From the NCBI GenBank assembly GCA_020536535.1, contig JAHLWZ010000769.1, positions 1 through 43,710 on the forward strand: DNA of 43,710 bases, given 5' to 3'. The notes beneath the pieces are model-generated. The model was given only the letters and a program-made list of their open reading frames with translations. It did no database searches and was not told the origin of the DNA. This document shows positions 10,046 to 21,181 of this stretch, in pieces. The translations under genes were made by a program, and so were the position numbers. This DNA is from Pelomyxa schiedti. Its lineage: Eukaryota; Protista; Evosea. Numbering within the stretch: the stretch's first letter is position 1; each line of letters opens with the position of its first letter.

Positions 10046-13000
10046 ATGGACACTCCCGCGGACTGGGTGGCGAAGATGAATAGTATGCTCGCCTCATGCC
10101 AGGCGTCGGCACGGGCGACGGATTGTGCGCTGGAGCTGAGGTACTTTTCCCCCACCACCGCCTCCGCTTTTCCGCTCACGCCGCCCTTTCCCGCCCCCAC
10201 CCCTTTAACAGAGCGCGCGTGAAGAGCTTGAGTGTTGCCACGGACACCAAGGAAAAGGAAATGCGGCGACAACTGGCGGAAACCGCACTCGAGCCGGAGG
10301 TCGTTAAGCTTTTGACGCAGCTTATAGTCACCGACTTGATGGAGCCGCTTGTGGTGGCCTATTGCACGGACCTCGACACTCTTGCACAGGCTTCATGCGA
10401 CCCAAGCAGGGCAAACTGGCTGCCCGGTGTGAGCGACGTTGTCCGTAACAAGCTCAGGTCCAAGCTTGAAATCCGCTCGCTGTTTCCGGGGTGCAGCAGA
10501 GGGTGGCTCAAAAACCTGCTGTCTGCGTGCACCACAAAGGAGGCACTCCAGGGGATGGAGTGGAGTGCTGTGGAGGGCATTGCCGGGTCCTCCGATCTCG
10601 GCGTGGAAGAGAAGTGGACAGTTGGTGAGAAGGAAAAAGTGAAAAAGCTGTGGGTGGAGGGCAACCCACTGCGGATGGCTGTAGAGGAAAGTGGATTGGA
10701 ACTGAGCTTGGTCGGTGAACTTCAGCAAAAAGGCGTGAAGGAACCAGCTGCCATTACACAAGAAATTGCGGACTCTCTGGCTGCATCCAGGCACAGCTCC
10801 AACCAAGAAAAAAGTAACCTGACAAACATGGTGAAACAACATGGAGGGGAGGGCAAATCAAAGCAGCAGGATCGTGAAAGGAAGCGGGAACAGCTCCTGG
10901 AGGCCACAAGGAAGGCTGCAGAAGCCGTCTCGAAGGCAAAAGAGGAAGCCCAATCAAACAGAGAGGGCGCAGCTTCCCGAGTTCAGGACCGCCTGAATGA
11001 AGCAACAAACCACCTCAAGATACCAGAGTGGCACATCACAAACTCTGGCAGCTGGGATCCAACAAAGGCAATGCAAGAATTGGCCTCCATTGAGGGAAAT
11101 CTGCAGAGTTCTGTCCAGGACCTGGCGTGTGGGGAGGGCAACTATGAGAGAGATGAGACAGTCATCTCCAATGTGAGTGGGGGGCTTGCCCTGTGTGGCG
11201 TATCTTTTGGAAATAATGTAGATAACTTTGGCAAACGCGCCCACAAGCCAGTGCTTGCACGCCCAGAGTACTGCCCACTGAAGGGGGCCCAGATGCCGTA
11301 CAGGCGCGAATATCTTTCCATTAACAGCAGTCACGCGATCGCTGCCTTCCACGCACTGTCTGAGTCATCAGGCCACAGTTTGGCAGTGCAGGTGTGTGGA
11401 GGTTACTGTGGTGTGTCAGTTTCGGCAGGCTTTGCAAAAGCAGACTCAACTTCAAAGTCCAACACAACGCAGTCATCTTCCACAACAACGGCAGTTGCAG
11501 TCATCCAAAGCATTGTGCACCCCACGGCCTCTTTCCGCATTCCGCAAGACCAGATGGTGCTTTCCACGGTACTCCCTTGTAAAAACCCTTCTCTTGTCTT
11601 AACTTTTTGATGCAGGAAGCAGAGTGGGCAGCCAAGTCTGTAAACACCACTGATAGTGCCATCAAGTTCATGAACGACTTTGGTTCCCACGTCAGTGACG
11701 GTCTCCACCACCTTGGAGGTTTGTTTTACCACACGATGGAGATGACCACGCAGGTGGACACAAGGCTTGACGAGATGCAGGCCGCCGTCAGTGACGAGCT
11801 CTCTGTTAATGCGGGCGTTGGCTTCTCTAGGTTTGGTGCTGAAGCCTCCTGTGGGATTTCACATCGCAACTTCTCGGCATCCGCAACTGCCGATGGGTCC
11901 CAGAAGGAGCAAAGGCAGGCCGAGTTTAAGAGCAGCGTGACCGCATTTGGCCCAGCATCACTCAACCCAGACATCTTTGACCGAACGCTGGAAGCAAACA
12001 ACAAGTCATGGCGCATAATCGACCGCGGAACGTTGCCTGAACTGGTGCCAATTTGGGAGGTGTGCACAAGAAAACAAACAACATTCCAAACCAACTGACC
12101 CATGTGCAGATAATGGGCCGCCATTCATCAAATAATGTAGTGAGAGCTGCAAGGCTTGTTCAAAAAGCGTGGCTAGACTCAGCTTCACACCTTGTGCAAT
12201 TCTTTCCAGTTCTAAGCTTTGAAGTTGAGCATGTCCGCATGAATGCCCTGGAGCAGTGTATCCCTTGCCAAGTTTCTGCAAGGCGGGAACTTCTTCCACA
12301 AGCTCAGCAACAAGCACAGAGCAGAGATATTGTTAAGGCGGCGATTGGCTCTGCATACAGGAGAATTGCTTCAACAGTTAATGAAACAGGTGTCTTGCAG
12401 ATCTTCTTGCAGCTCTTGACTTTGATCTCACAGGAGAGCTGCGTTGTGCAATCAGACCTGCTGCTGGAATTCATGGCAGACACTGCAATGGGTGGCGGTG
12501 AAAGTGAGCTGAAGGCGCTGGTGGAGAACCTGTCAGCAAGGCCACCCAAGCAGCATGCCAATACTCGCTCCATTTTAAGGCAAATTTTCCAGCCACGCTT
12601 GGTTCAGTTGGATCACAACCACATTGCAATGAGTCCTGCCTTCATGGAAGTCATGAACAACCAGGCTGAGGACGAGGCATGTCTGTCGTCATCTGCACTG
12701 TGGAGCATCCCCAAAGTCGAGGTTCCAGAGTTTGGGAATGAGGTCCGCCGACTGAAAACCATACAGCAAGACAGAGACATGGAAGTTGTGTGTGCGCGAC
12801 TCATTGCCGTACTAGACAAGAACATTGTCCCACTCCAAGCAAAAATCCCAGTGTGCAAGAAGATCATTGAAAAAGTTAAAGCTTATGGGCTTCGTGGTGA
12901 CTGCTTCACTGTTACTCTTACTGAAGAGGGATATGATTCTCTAGCAGAAGAAATTGATGAAATCCTGTCAAACAATGCAAGGGCGGTTATCCCTTCTTCG

Positions 13001-16000
13001 CCAAAGACGGCCGTGGGAACTCCAATTTTGCTCAGTCAGACATCACAGTTGAGCACTCCAACTTACTCACGTTTACTTGTTGACCGTCCTTTGAATTTGG
13101 ACCCACAAGTCTCCTTGGAAAACACCCTGTTGGACTGTTTGCGCCACCGCCTTGAACTGCCTGGTGATCGTCCTTCCGGCGACCAAACTGTTGAACCGGT
13201 GCATGCAGAGAGTGCTGCAGATGACCTGGAGATCGTTGGTGATGACGATGATGACAACAACGAAAACAACATAACTTTAGGGCCTTCTCTTTCCCTCTCT
13301 GTATATGACTCCCTTGCACGGCTCCTGCTCTCCCATGACTCCACTGGTCAGGCAGAAATATTCAGGTTGATACTGGAGCGCCGATGTGCTGCACCTCTGC
13401 TCGTCCCATCAGAGTTCATGCCTTCCCCCCCCTCTGGCCTTCAACCCTTCTGCTTCCTTGTTGATTCCCTGAAGTTTGTTGACATAGTTGGAACAGATGG
13501 CGCAGTCATCAATGTTGCCACTGATCAGAGCGCCCTGCGAGTGGCAGTCGTGTCTGAGTGCCGAGACACCGGTCAATCGCAAACTGGAGACCTGCTGCAG
13601 TCAGTGTTCAACGTTCACTCGTTCCGCACACACTGCTTCTCTCACATGACAGGGATTCCAAGCTGCAAAATGCCAATTCTGGAGATTGGTTGTGGGTTCA
13701 TTCTTGCTGCCAACCAAAAACCCCTTGCAGTCATGGTTGCACATGTGATTGGAAACCCTGAACCCCTCCAACCTTTCTTGGAGAAGTTCACCGAGCTTCT
13801 GGTGATTGAGGCACAGGAGGGGAGCCCAATCACCATACCGCGACCCAATGTGATGGGGAAGTCCAAAGCAACAAATGCTGCAAAGTGGAACTGCAATCAC
13901 ATAGTCTGGCTGTCAGACCCAACCCTTGAGATAAAGAAACGAATGGTTTACAATGCAACGATTGATAATAAAGTGAAAGAAGCCTTCATTATGATCATAA
14001 GGGGCAGTGTTGCACAGGTTTCGGGTACCATTGCCAGTGCAATTGTCACTGTGGAGCACCGTTTCAATACCCCAGAGAAAGACCCCTTGCAGACTCTGAA
14101 TTTTTCATCCTTTTCAAGGAGGGTGACCATAGACACTGTGGACATCGAGGCAACAACCAAGGGGAGAACAATAACGTGTGAAACACTTCGTAAAAGTTTT
14201 ATACTCCAATCAAGCTTCCAGAAAGAAGGGGCATCAATTGTTTCAATGCGTTCCCCACTCAACAAAGGAGTGTCTTTCAGAGAAGAAGTTTTTAAAGCAG
14301 AAATACGCAAAGAGCAACAATTCCGCCAAGACAAAGCAATCGAATTGGAAGCCAACCCATGGATAAAATGCTTTGTGGGAATATTGCAACAGGCCAGCGG
14401 CGTTGCGCGCGTCGAGTCAATGCTAAAGCTGAACTCTTACATCAACAAACAGATTTCCCCATTTTATAACAAACTCAAGCAGCAAGCTGATGCAGCATGG
14501 AATGCACACCGTGCAGACAGAAATAATGCCGGGCTCAAGCATGACTGGAGTTGCAAGAAAGAGGCAATGAACAGCATAACCATTCACACAGAGCACTTCT
14601 GGCGCGAGATATCGCACATGTACACTGCAAACCCAGAGAGGTACAACTCTTTCATTGAAATTGCCGTCCAGCATCTTCTCGACGGCTTTCCACTTGGTAA
14701 GAAACCAAAACACCCTACCTCCTTACACTTTTCTAATTCCTCTCTTTTGAAAAAAAAAAAAAACAGAGCTCTTAGATGGAGATGCTGGTTTCATTAACGA
14801 AGATTGGATATACAGCATCCTCTCTCACCTGCACAATAGGCTATCGATGCCAAGTGACAAGGAACCCCCGCGCATATTTGTGCTCTCAGTCCTTGGGGTG
14901 CAGTCTTGTGGGAAATCAACACTGTTCAACATAATGTTTGGCACCCGCCTGAGGGCCAGTGTTGGCCAATGCACACGGGGTGTGAACATGCAGTTGATCA
15001 GATGCATTGACAGGAAAACATATGACTACATCCTCCTTCTGGACACTGAGGGTGTTAGAGCACCTGAAACGAGTGGTCTTGAGGGGTCTGAGTGGAGGGA
15101 CAACAGGCTGGCCACGATAGCAATCCTCGTCGCCGATGCAACCATTGTTCTCAATGCCAATGAGGACCACACTGCAATCAAGGATATGCTCCCGATTGTT
15201 TTAACGGTTTATGCAATGGGCTCTCTCAATGATGGATCTGGCTCAACGCTCTCCTCCAAGCTCTTCTTTGTGTACAATCGAATAAACACAAGTGAGGCTG
15301 GAAAAACCAGAGACATACAACAAAAACTGCTGGAAGTACTTGATGAGAGTGTAAACGAAGTAGAGCGGTTCAGACAAGGTGCCCACTTAGACACAGCATC
15401 CACAACCCCTCTTTCCACACCTCCCTCTAATCCTCCACCAAAACCTTGTCCGTCATCCATGTTCTCAATAATCTCAGACCTGAAGCTCCACTCCAATAAC
15501 GAAGCCAAAAGTGACATCAGGATCTTGGGCCAGAACAGGCTCAAGGACTTCCCTCCGCACGATGTTCCTAACACCCTGTATGGACAAGCAGTCGTGGCAC
15601 TGCGTGAACACATGCACTCCAGCATGGTTTCTTCAACTTGGCAGCCCAGGACTGTGAATGGCTTCAAAGACCACCTCAGAGCAGTGTGGTCAGCTGTGGT
15701 CACTGAAGACTTTGGATTCAGCTTCCGGAGCATCATGGATCGCACGAACTACTCTATAATGGAGCATAATATGATGCAGCAACAGCAGAAACTTGCTGTG
15801 GCCTACAGTCTGCATTACTCCAAGGTGGATGATGAAATCAAAAAAATGGCAGCTGCAAACCCTGATGAACACCCTTCCGAAACTGACGCCAATGACCGCT
15901 TGGACAAACTTAAAAATATTCTGAGATCTGCAATAGCACCAGAGATAGCTTCCACAACCTGTTATATCAATGAGATGAAGAAGGACCCACGCTTTTCAAG

Positions 16001-17783
16001 CTTAGCAACTGGCTTGGAACAGCAATGGAGTTCGTTCCTTCATGATCAGAAGTCCCGCTGGGAGCGTTTGATTTCCTCATCATTCACAAGTGTTATTATG
16101 TATGGCTCCAAAGAGGAGGAATACAGAAAGCTCATGCGACATAAAATTGAAGGCCGCTGGGCAAGTACAAAGGGGTGCCTCACAGATCACGCAAAGAGAG
16201 AACTTTTTCAACAATTGTTTGATGACTTTCTACTCGAGGTCAACCTCAAAAATCCTTCCAGTGCTTCACGTGTAACCAGTCAGGTGCTTGAAGTGTATCG
16301 CCACTTTCCAGGCTTGCAAATTGATCTTAGCAAGTTTGATACTGACGAACTTTTACAGTCCCAGTCTCAGTCCTGGCTTGGGGGCTCAAACTTTGTTTTT
16401 CAAGCTTTCCAGAAAGTCTGGAATGCACTTTTTAAGAGCACAATCACCTTCACACCAAAACAAGAGGGAATGTTGAATGGATTGGCCAATGAGGTGGTAT
16501 CTCTGTTGTGTACTGCCAAAATGTTCAACACAGGTCTTGTGAATGAAGCCATTGAAAAAACCAACGCGCGACTGAGGCAATTTGATAATGTCAGCCATGT
16601 GAGGCAAAAAGCCCACACAATGGTGTTCTCAATACTTTGCACACAGCTCACTGAAGTGCAGAAGAAGTGGGACGAGGAAAACAGTGTAGGAGCCAAGATG
16701 CGCAAGAGCAAGGAAACCTTCCGGGTGTTCTTTGATGGAATCTTCAGTGGCTTGGAAGGAAAGGCGATGCTTATTCAAGCACTGACAAGGGCAATAGAAA
16801 TGAAGTACAGAGATGCGTTTGTGGAATACGCAATTAAAATGCTCACACCCAGCGCATTTGAGCAGCCTTACATTGGAGACTTCCACAAACTTATGGCTCA
16901 TGGTGACCTGGAGCTCATTGAACACATTGGAAACTTTGGAAAAATACAGCAGATATTACGAAATACACAACACCACCTTGACCAGGTGCAAGAAAAGCTT
17001 TTGGATGCTTTTATTGGCAGCAAGCTTTCATCACTGTGGCTTGCGTTCTGGAACAAGTTGAAAGAGGGCTTTGAACTTGCTGCTGCTGAAGCCAAGACTG
17101 TAACTCTCAATAGGACTGAAATGTTCATGAAAGTGTTGCGACAGCAGATTGCCACCTACCGGCCAATATGGGAGCACATGCCAGTCTACTCTGATTCGTA
17201 CAGAAATTGTGACAATGAGCCACCACAAATGTTTGATGGGTTGTGGGAAGTTGTCACCCACAAGGTTCCACTGCCTGGTCCTGGCCGTTGCCCTGTGACT
17301 GTCCACAGTCTTGTTTCTTTGCTCCTAGCAGAACTGAGGACTGGCCCACTGGATACTGCAGTTGGAGCTGTTCGCCCAAGGTGTTGTGAGCCTTGCCCCA
17401 TTTGCGAATCCCCTTGCATGTCGTCCCTTGGTCACTCGGGAAACCATGATACATACCACCAGCCACTGTCACTCACAGGGTGGCACATGGATGACACGAA
17501 AATGTTGATGCCTGAGACGTGTGTGCAGGCTGTGCGTTCCACCAAAAATTTCAAGCGACACTGTGACACAGAGTACCGCCCATATGCCAAGTGGACACAG
17601 TACTTCCCGAACTGGGACTTGCCGGCACAAAACAGGCACCTTGAACTTCGTGAATACATTGCCCTCCACTTCAACACCGAACTTGCAGGGAGTGCCTACA
17701 AGCCAGCAACCAACATTCCAGCAGAGTATGCAAGGAGCATTGAAAGCATCACCCAGTCCATAAAACACCTTGCACAGCTTTAA
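10046..17783 (+). CDS. Very large inducible GTPase (GVIN1/VLIG family) with an N-terminal MACPF-like motif; 5 exons, about 2,499 aa
   Basis: Exons 10046-10140, 10212-11568, 11616-12059, 12110-14696 and 14767-17783 (7,500 nt, all GT-AG, frame-consistent). Motifs: SGGLALCG; FMNDFGSHVSDGLHHLGG; ANNKSWRIIDRG...VPIWE; EHFWREISHMY; GFPLELLDGDA (formed only by splicing); P-loop GVQSCGKSTLFNIMFG; CTRG; DTEG; C-terminal CCEPCPICESPC...H...HQP. Confidence 0.92.
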
Positions 17784-17989
17784 AGTATCCGGAAAAACTT
17801 CTAAGAAATGAAAATTTAGTTAATCTTTCCGGGTCCTTTATCTTTTGCTATTTTGTTAGGGACACTCTATGGACACTGAGTACTGGGCCAAGATAGTGCT
17901 TTTCTATGCAGTAACTCACACCACTACACCACCAACAACTTCCAAATCGGCGTCTCCGTCTTCACGCAACTACGTGGCGGTACACAAAG

Positions 17990-18960
17990 TGTCGTGGGTC
18001 CCGGCCTTCGTGGCCTCGGGGTTCACCATCCACAGTGGTGGGGCTCAGGCGGGCGGGATGCACCTCCTCACGGTCCCGCTCACAACACAAGCAAGCCCGC
18101 AAGCACGCTCAGACTTCGGCGAGTCACGTGCGAGCCGCTCCTGCTTGCCCTTCGCCCAGAAACAAAGACTCTGCCTCCGTCACGAAGGCCGGGCCCCATG
18201 CACCCACAACGCCCACCGCACCAAAACCTGCACCCACCAACGCCACTCCCACATCTTCAACGCACACCACCCTCAAACCCGGCTCCATCTCCACCCTGGA
18301 TGCCGGCCACACCCCTTCTTCTTCAACTCACACGACGAGCAGCATCACTGTACGGATACACTGCTTCGCTCCTGAAGCACCTCTGGGCAGCGTCGAACAT
18401 CCCGCCCGCAGCATCACAGAGCGCCGTCGACGCCACCTGGGCCCAAGCAGTCTACTGCATTCAAGCCTACGCTCTCACCAAGAAGAGGGAAAGCGTGGGG
18501 GACCGGCAAGTCCAAGGGCAATTATCAACAGCAGAGGCACGCTCGCAGAAAGCGTGGAACACCGGACGTACTGCTTGACATCTCCCAGAGGAGGAAAGCA
18601 GCAAAGATCAAGAAACTAGCCGCGTATGATAGAGCTGCAGACGCAGTGAATGTCCTGGAGACGCAGGACCTTGCTCTGACGCCCGAGCAAGTTCTCCTCA
18701 GACTCACTGAGTTGCACTCGAGGGAGAGCCCCTGACGCAGGAGCATGAGCTCAACCTGGCATTCCCCAAGCACGACTGCAGCTGCAGAATCAAGGTGGAA
18801 GAACGAGGACGGCCAGTTCAAGTTCAGCAAGGGGCTCGTAGCAGCGACACTGAGCTCATCCAAGAAGGGGTCAAGCTCCGACGTGCGCCCCATAACGATC
18901 AGCGATCTTTCTGCAGATGGTTTTTCAAGTGCCTGGCAAGGTCGGTGCCGACCTTCGATG
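17990..18960 (+). mobile_element. Probable remnant of a non-LTR retrotransposon (CRE/RLE-type RT N-terminal region), frameshifted and truncated
   Basis: Fragments KIKKLAAYDRAADAVNVLE...PEQVLLRLTELH, LVAATLSSSKKGSS and, after a 1-nt frameshift near 18908, VRPITISDL/FCRWFFKCLAR resemble the RPIAVGExxRRLxxKCL segment at the start of such RTs. There are in-frame stops and no YxDD. Confidence 0.45.
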
Positions 18961-19034
18961 CCCTGACCTTTTTTAAAGCAACAACGACGAATAGCATTGA
19001 AGTTTGTTTTGTTTTAAAATATAGTGTTTTATAT

Positions 19035-19926
19035 TCACAGTGCCATGGAGCGTTCCAGTGCTGCCAATTCGTCCTCCTCTTTTCTCTTGGCTAAGGTGGA
19101 TATTAGAGAAGGAGTGTGGATACAAGGTAGAACCTGGTGTGGGTGTGGCTGTGGGGACGGGGGGAAGTTTCACAGGAATCTCATCCACGGCTGCAAGTTG
19201 TTCATCAAGGGCTTGTTGTTCCAATTGCTCAAGCTCTAAAAACCGGTTATTCCAACTTAGGGAAAGTAATATGAAAACCATTTTCCAGTTCGGTCTCATC
19301 AAAAGCTTCAGCGGCTCCTATAGGCTGACTAATGGCATTGCTGATGTCGGTGGCAATTTCCATTTGGTCTCTAATTTCTGGAACGCGATGAGAATGATGA
19401 ATACAACCGTTAAGAAAAGCGAACCATCCATGGTATCTTCTACATCATCGGGAGTCCTGCACGGTGTTAGGAGAGTTATGAGGGGAAAAAGCACTTACAT
19501 GCTTTTATGGATATTCTTCAAAGCCTGGGCTCCGACTTGCATGTTTTTAAGGGCCAACAAATTTGTATCAGCACTTTCAATTGCAAAAACCTACAAAAAT
19601 GAGCCGGAGAAAGTTGAAAACCGATACCTGTTGCTCTATTGTCATGCGAGCACCATTGATTTTATCAATCTGGGCTTCATAAGTCTTCTTGCGCTTCAAA
19701 CACATCATTGCACCTTAAAAAAAGTATTACTAAAAAGACCAGAAGAAAGGGGCTGGTTACTTTTCCTGTTCTTAGCTCTAATGAACGAGGTCGCTTGTTC
19801 CCCTTCCTGTGTTGCTTTCCTTTGCAAAAACGCCTCCCTTTTCTCGAGGGTCGTTATGGTGTCACGCAACTGGGTAATAGCTTCATTTGCAGATGGTGCT
19901 TTTTTGGCTTTGCGGAAGAGGCTCAT
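19035..19926 (-). CDS. VPS32: ESCRT-III subunit Snf7/Vps32 (CHMP4), multi-exon
   Basis: MSLFRKAKKAPSANEAITQLRDTITTLEKREAFLQRK; ALMCLKRKKTYEAQIDKINGARMTIEQQ; IRDQMEIATDISNAISQP; DETELENELEQLEQQALDEQL; EDELAALERSMAL*. Confidence 0.93.
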
Positions 19927-21181
19927 TGCTGTCGCTTATTCGGCACTCTACGTGTCGTGTATCGCTTGCGGTTTGTTTTTGGTTTGCTTTTTATTTGTTT
20001 TTATGGCTTTTTTTCATCCACTTTTCACATTCCTGAAAGAATCTAAATTGGTTTTTTGCAGATCTGAGAAGTGCTAAGTCGAATGTCGGGTGTTAGTGTA
20101 GTATCGTTAGATCTTCTCTCGACATACCGCGGGTCGTTAGATCGGGAATCCGACCTCAGTGATGCACTGCGCTTAAAAGCGAAGACTCTTTTTACGCACT
20201 CCCGAGCAATTTCTTGTGCCACAAATATGCTGCACACGAAAGCCAACAAAAACTCTGCTGCTGGTTTTTTTCCTTTTTTTTTTTTTTTTTTTGACTTGGT
20301 TTAGAGGCACTGGTAATTGAGAAACTTAGAGGGCACCTCTCTGATGCTAAGACAGTGGTCATTGAACTTTCGTCTTGTATCCCTCCCGGTATGTTCTACA
20401 AGTACATGTTCCATTGGAGAACGCAGATAACCCATTTGGTATTCAATCGTTTATGGATTTCGCAAAACAAACAAAGAAACAACCAGAAACGCCTATCCCT
20501 CCTTGGGAGACTCTTGGAAACCAACCTAGGTTTAGGTTGCTGGTGTAGTTTTAGTGGAGTGGCTGGAGCATAACAGGTTGGCAAGCTACAATGAAGTGGC
20601 TGTATGCAAAATTTTGATCCAAGCTCTCTTCTAAATTTCCACTTTTCAGAATACTTTGGGCTGCAGCAAACAATTCCCTCTACCCGTAAATTCCTACATT
20701 GACGGTCTCATTACTTAATGTTTCAATGTGCCTTAACTTTCCTGAAGGCATTTCGTCTCTGACACCCGAACTAGCTCGATTGGCAATAAATACAGTCACC
20801 AACAACAACTTTGATATTTCGAGAATTTGCTTCATGGTAAGAGCCATACAATGCCGTATGTCTTTTTTTTTTCCCCAAAGTTCTTTCTGTACTTATTTCA
20901 GTTTTTTCCAAAAGTGTTCCAGGGTTTGTCCGAGCATGGTGCAGTAATAACAGAGCGTCTGGGTCAGATAACAATGGATGTTAGAACGGTAGATTCCGCT
21001 GCATATGACATTGCATTGAGAGGCTTATCAACCCCAACCAAATCATGAACAACCCCACCGATAAAGACAGCTCAACAAGAGAGTATAATATATACTATTT
21101 AAAGGATAGTACAAAACAAAAGAAAAGACTTTCAGTCCTTTCCTCCTTTTGGTGCTAGTTTTTCTGAGGCCTTTTGGGCCT

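Noticed and set aside
10046-17783. Reading the four large ORFs (504, 163, 914, 978 aa) as a prokaryote-style multi-gene operon or defence system
   Set aside because: They are joined by canonical short GT-AG introns into one frame, and the conserved GFPLELLDGDA motif only forms after splicing.
6699-18980. Whole 12.3 kb cassette as a single TIR transposon with a target-site duplication
   Set aside because: I found no inverted repeat or TSD linking 6699 and 18980, and 108 bp of the empty copy is replaced rather than duplicated.
20300-21050. Possible small spliced minus-strand gene between SNF7 and the first RasGEF
   Set aside because: Some frame-compatible GT-AG joins exist (MIWLGLISLSMQ...), but there is no recognisable motif and no unique exon chain. 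It cannot be supported without RNA data.
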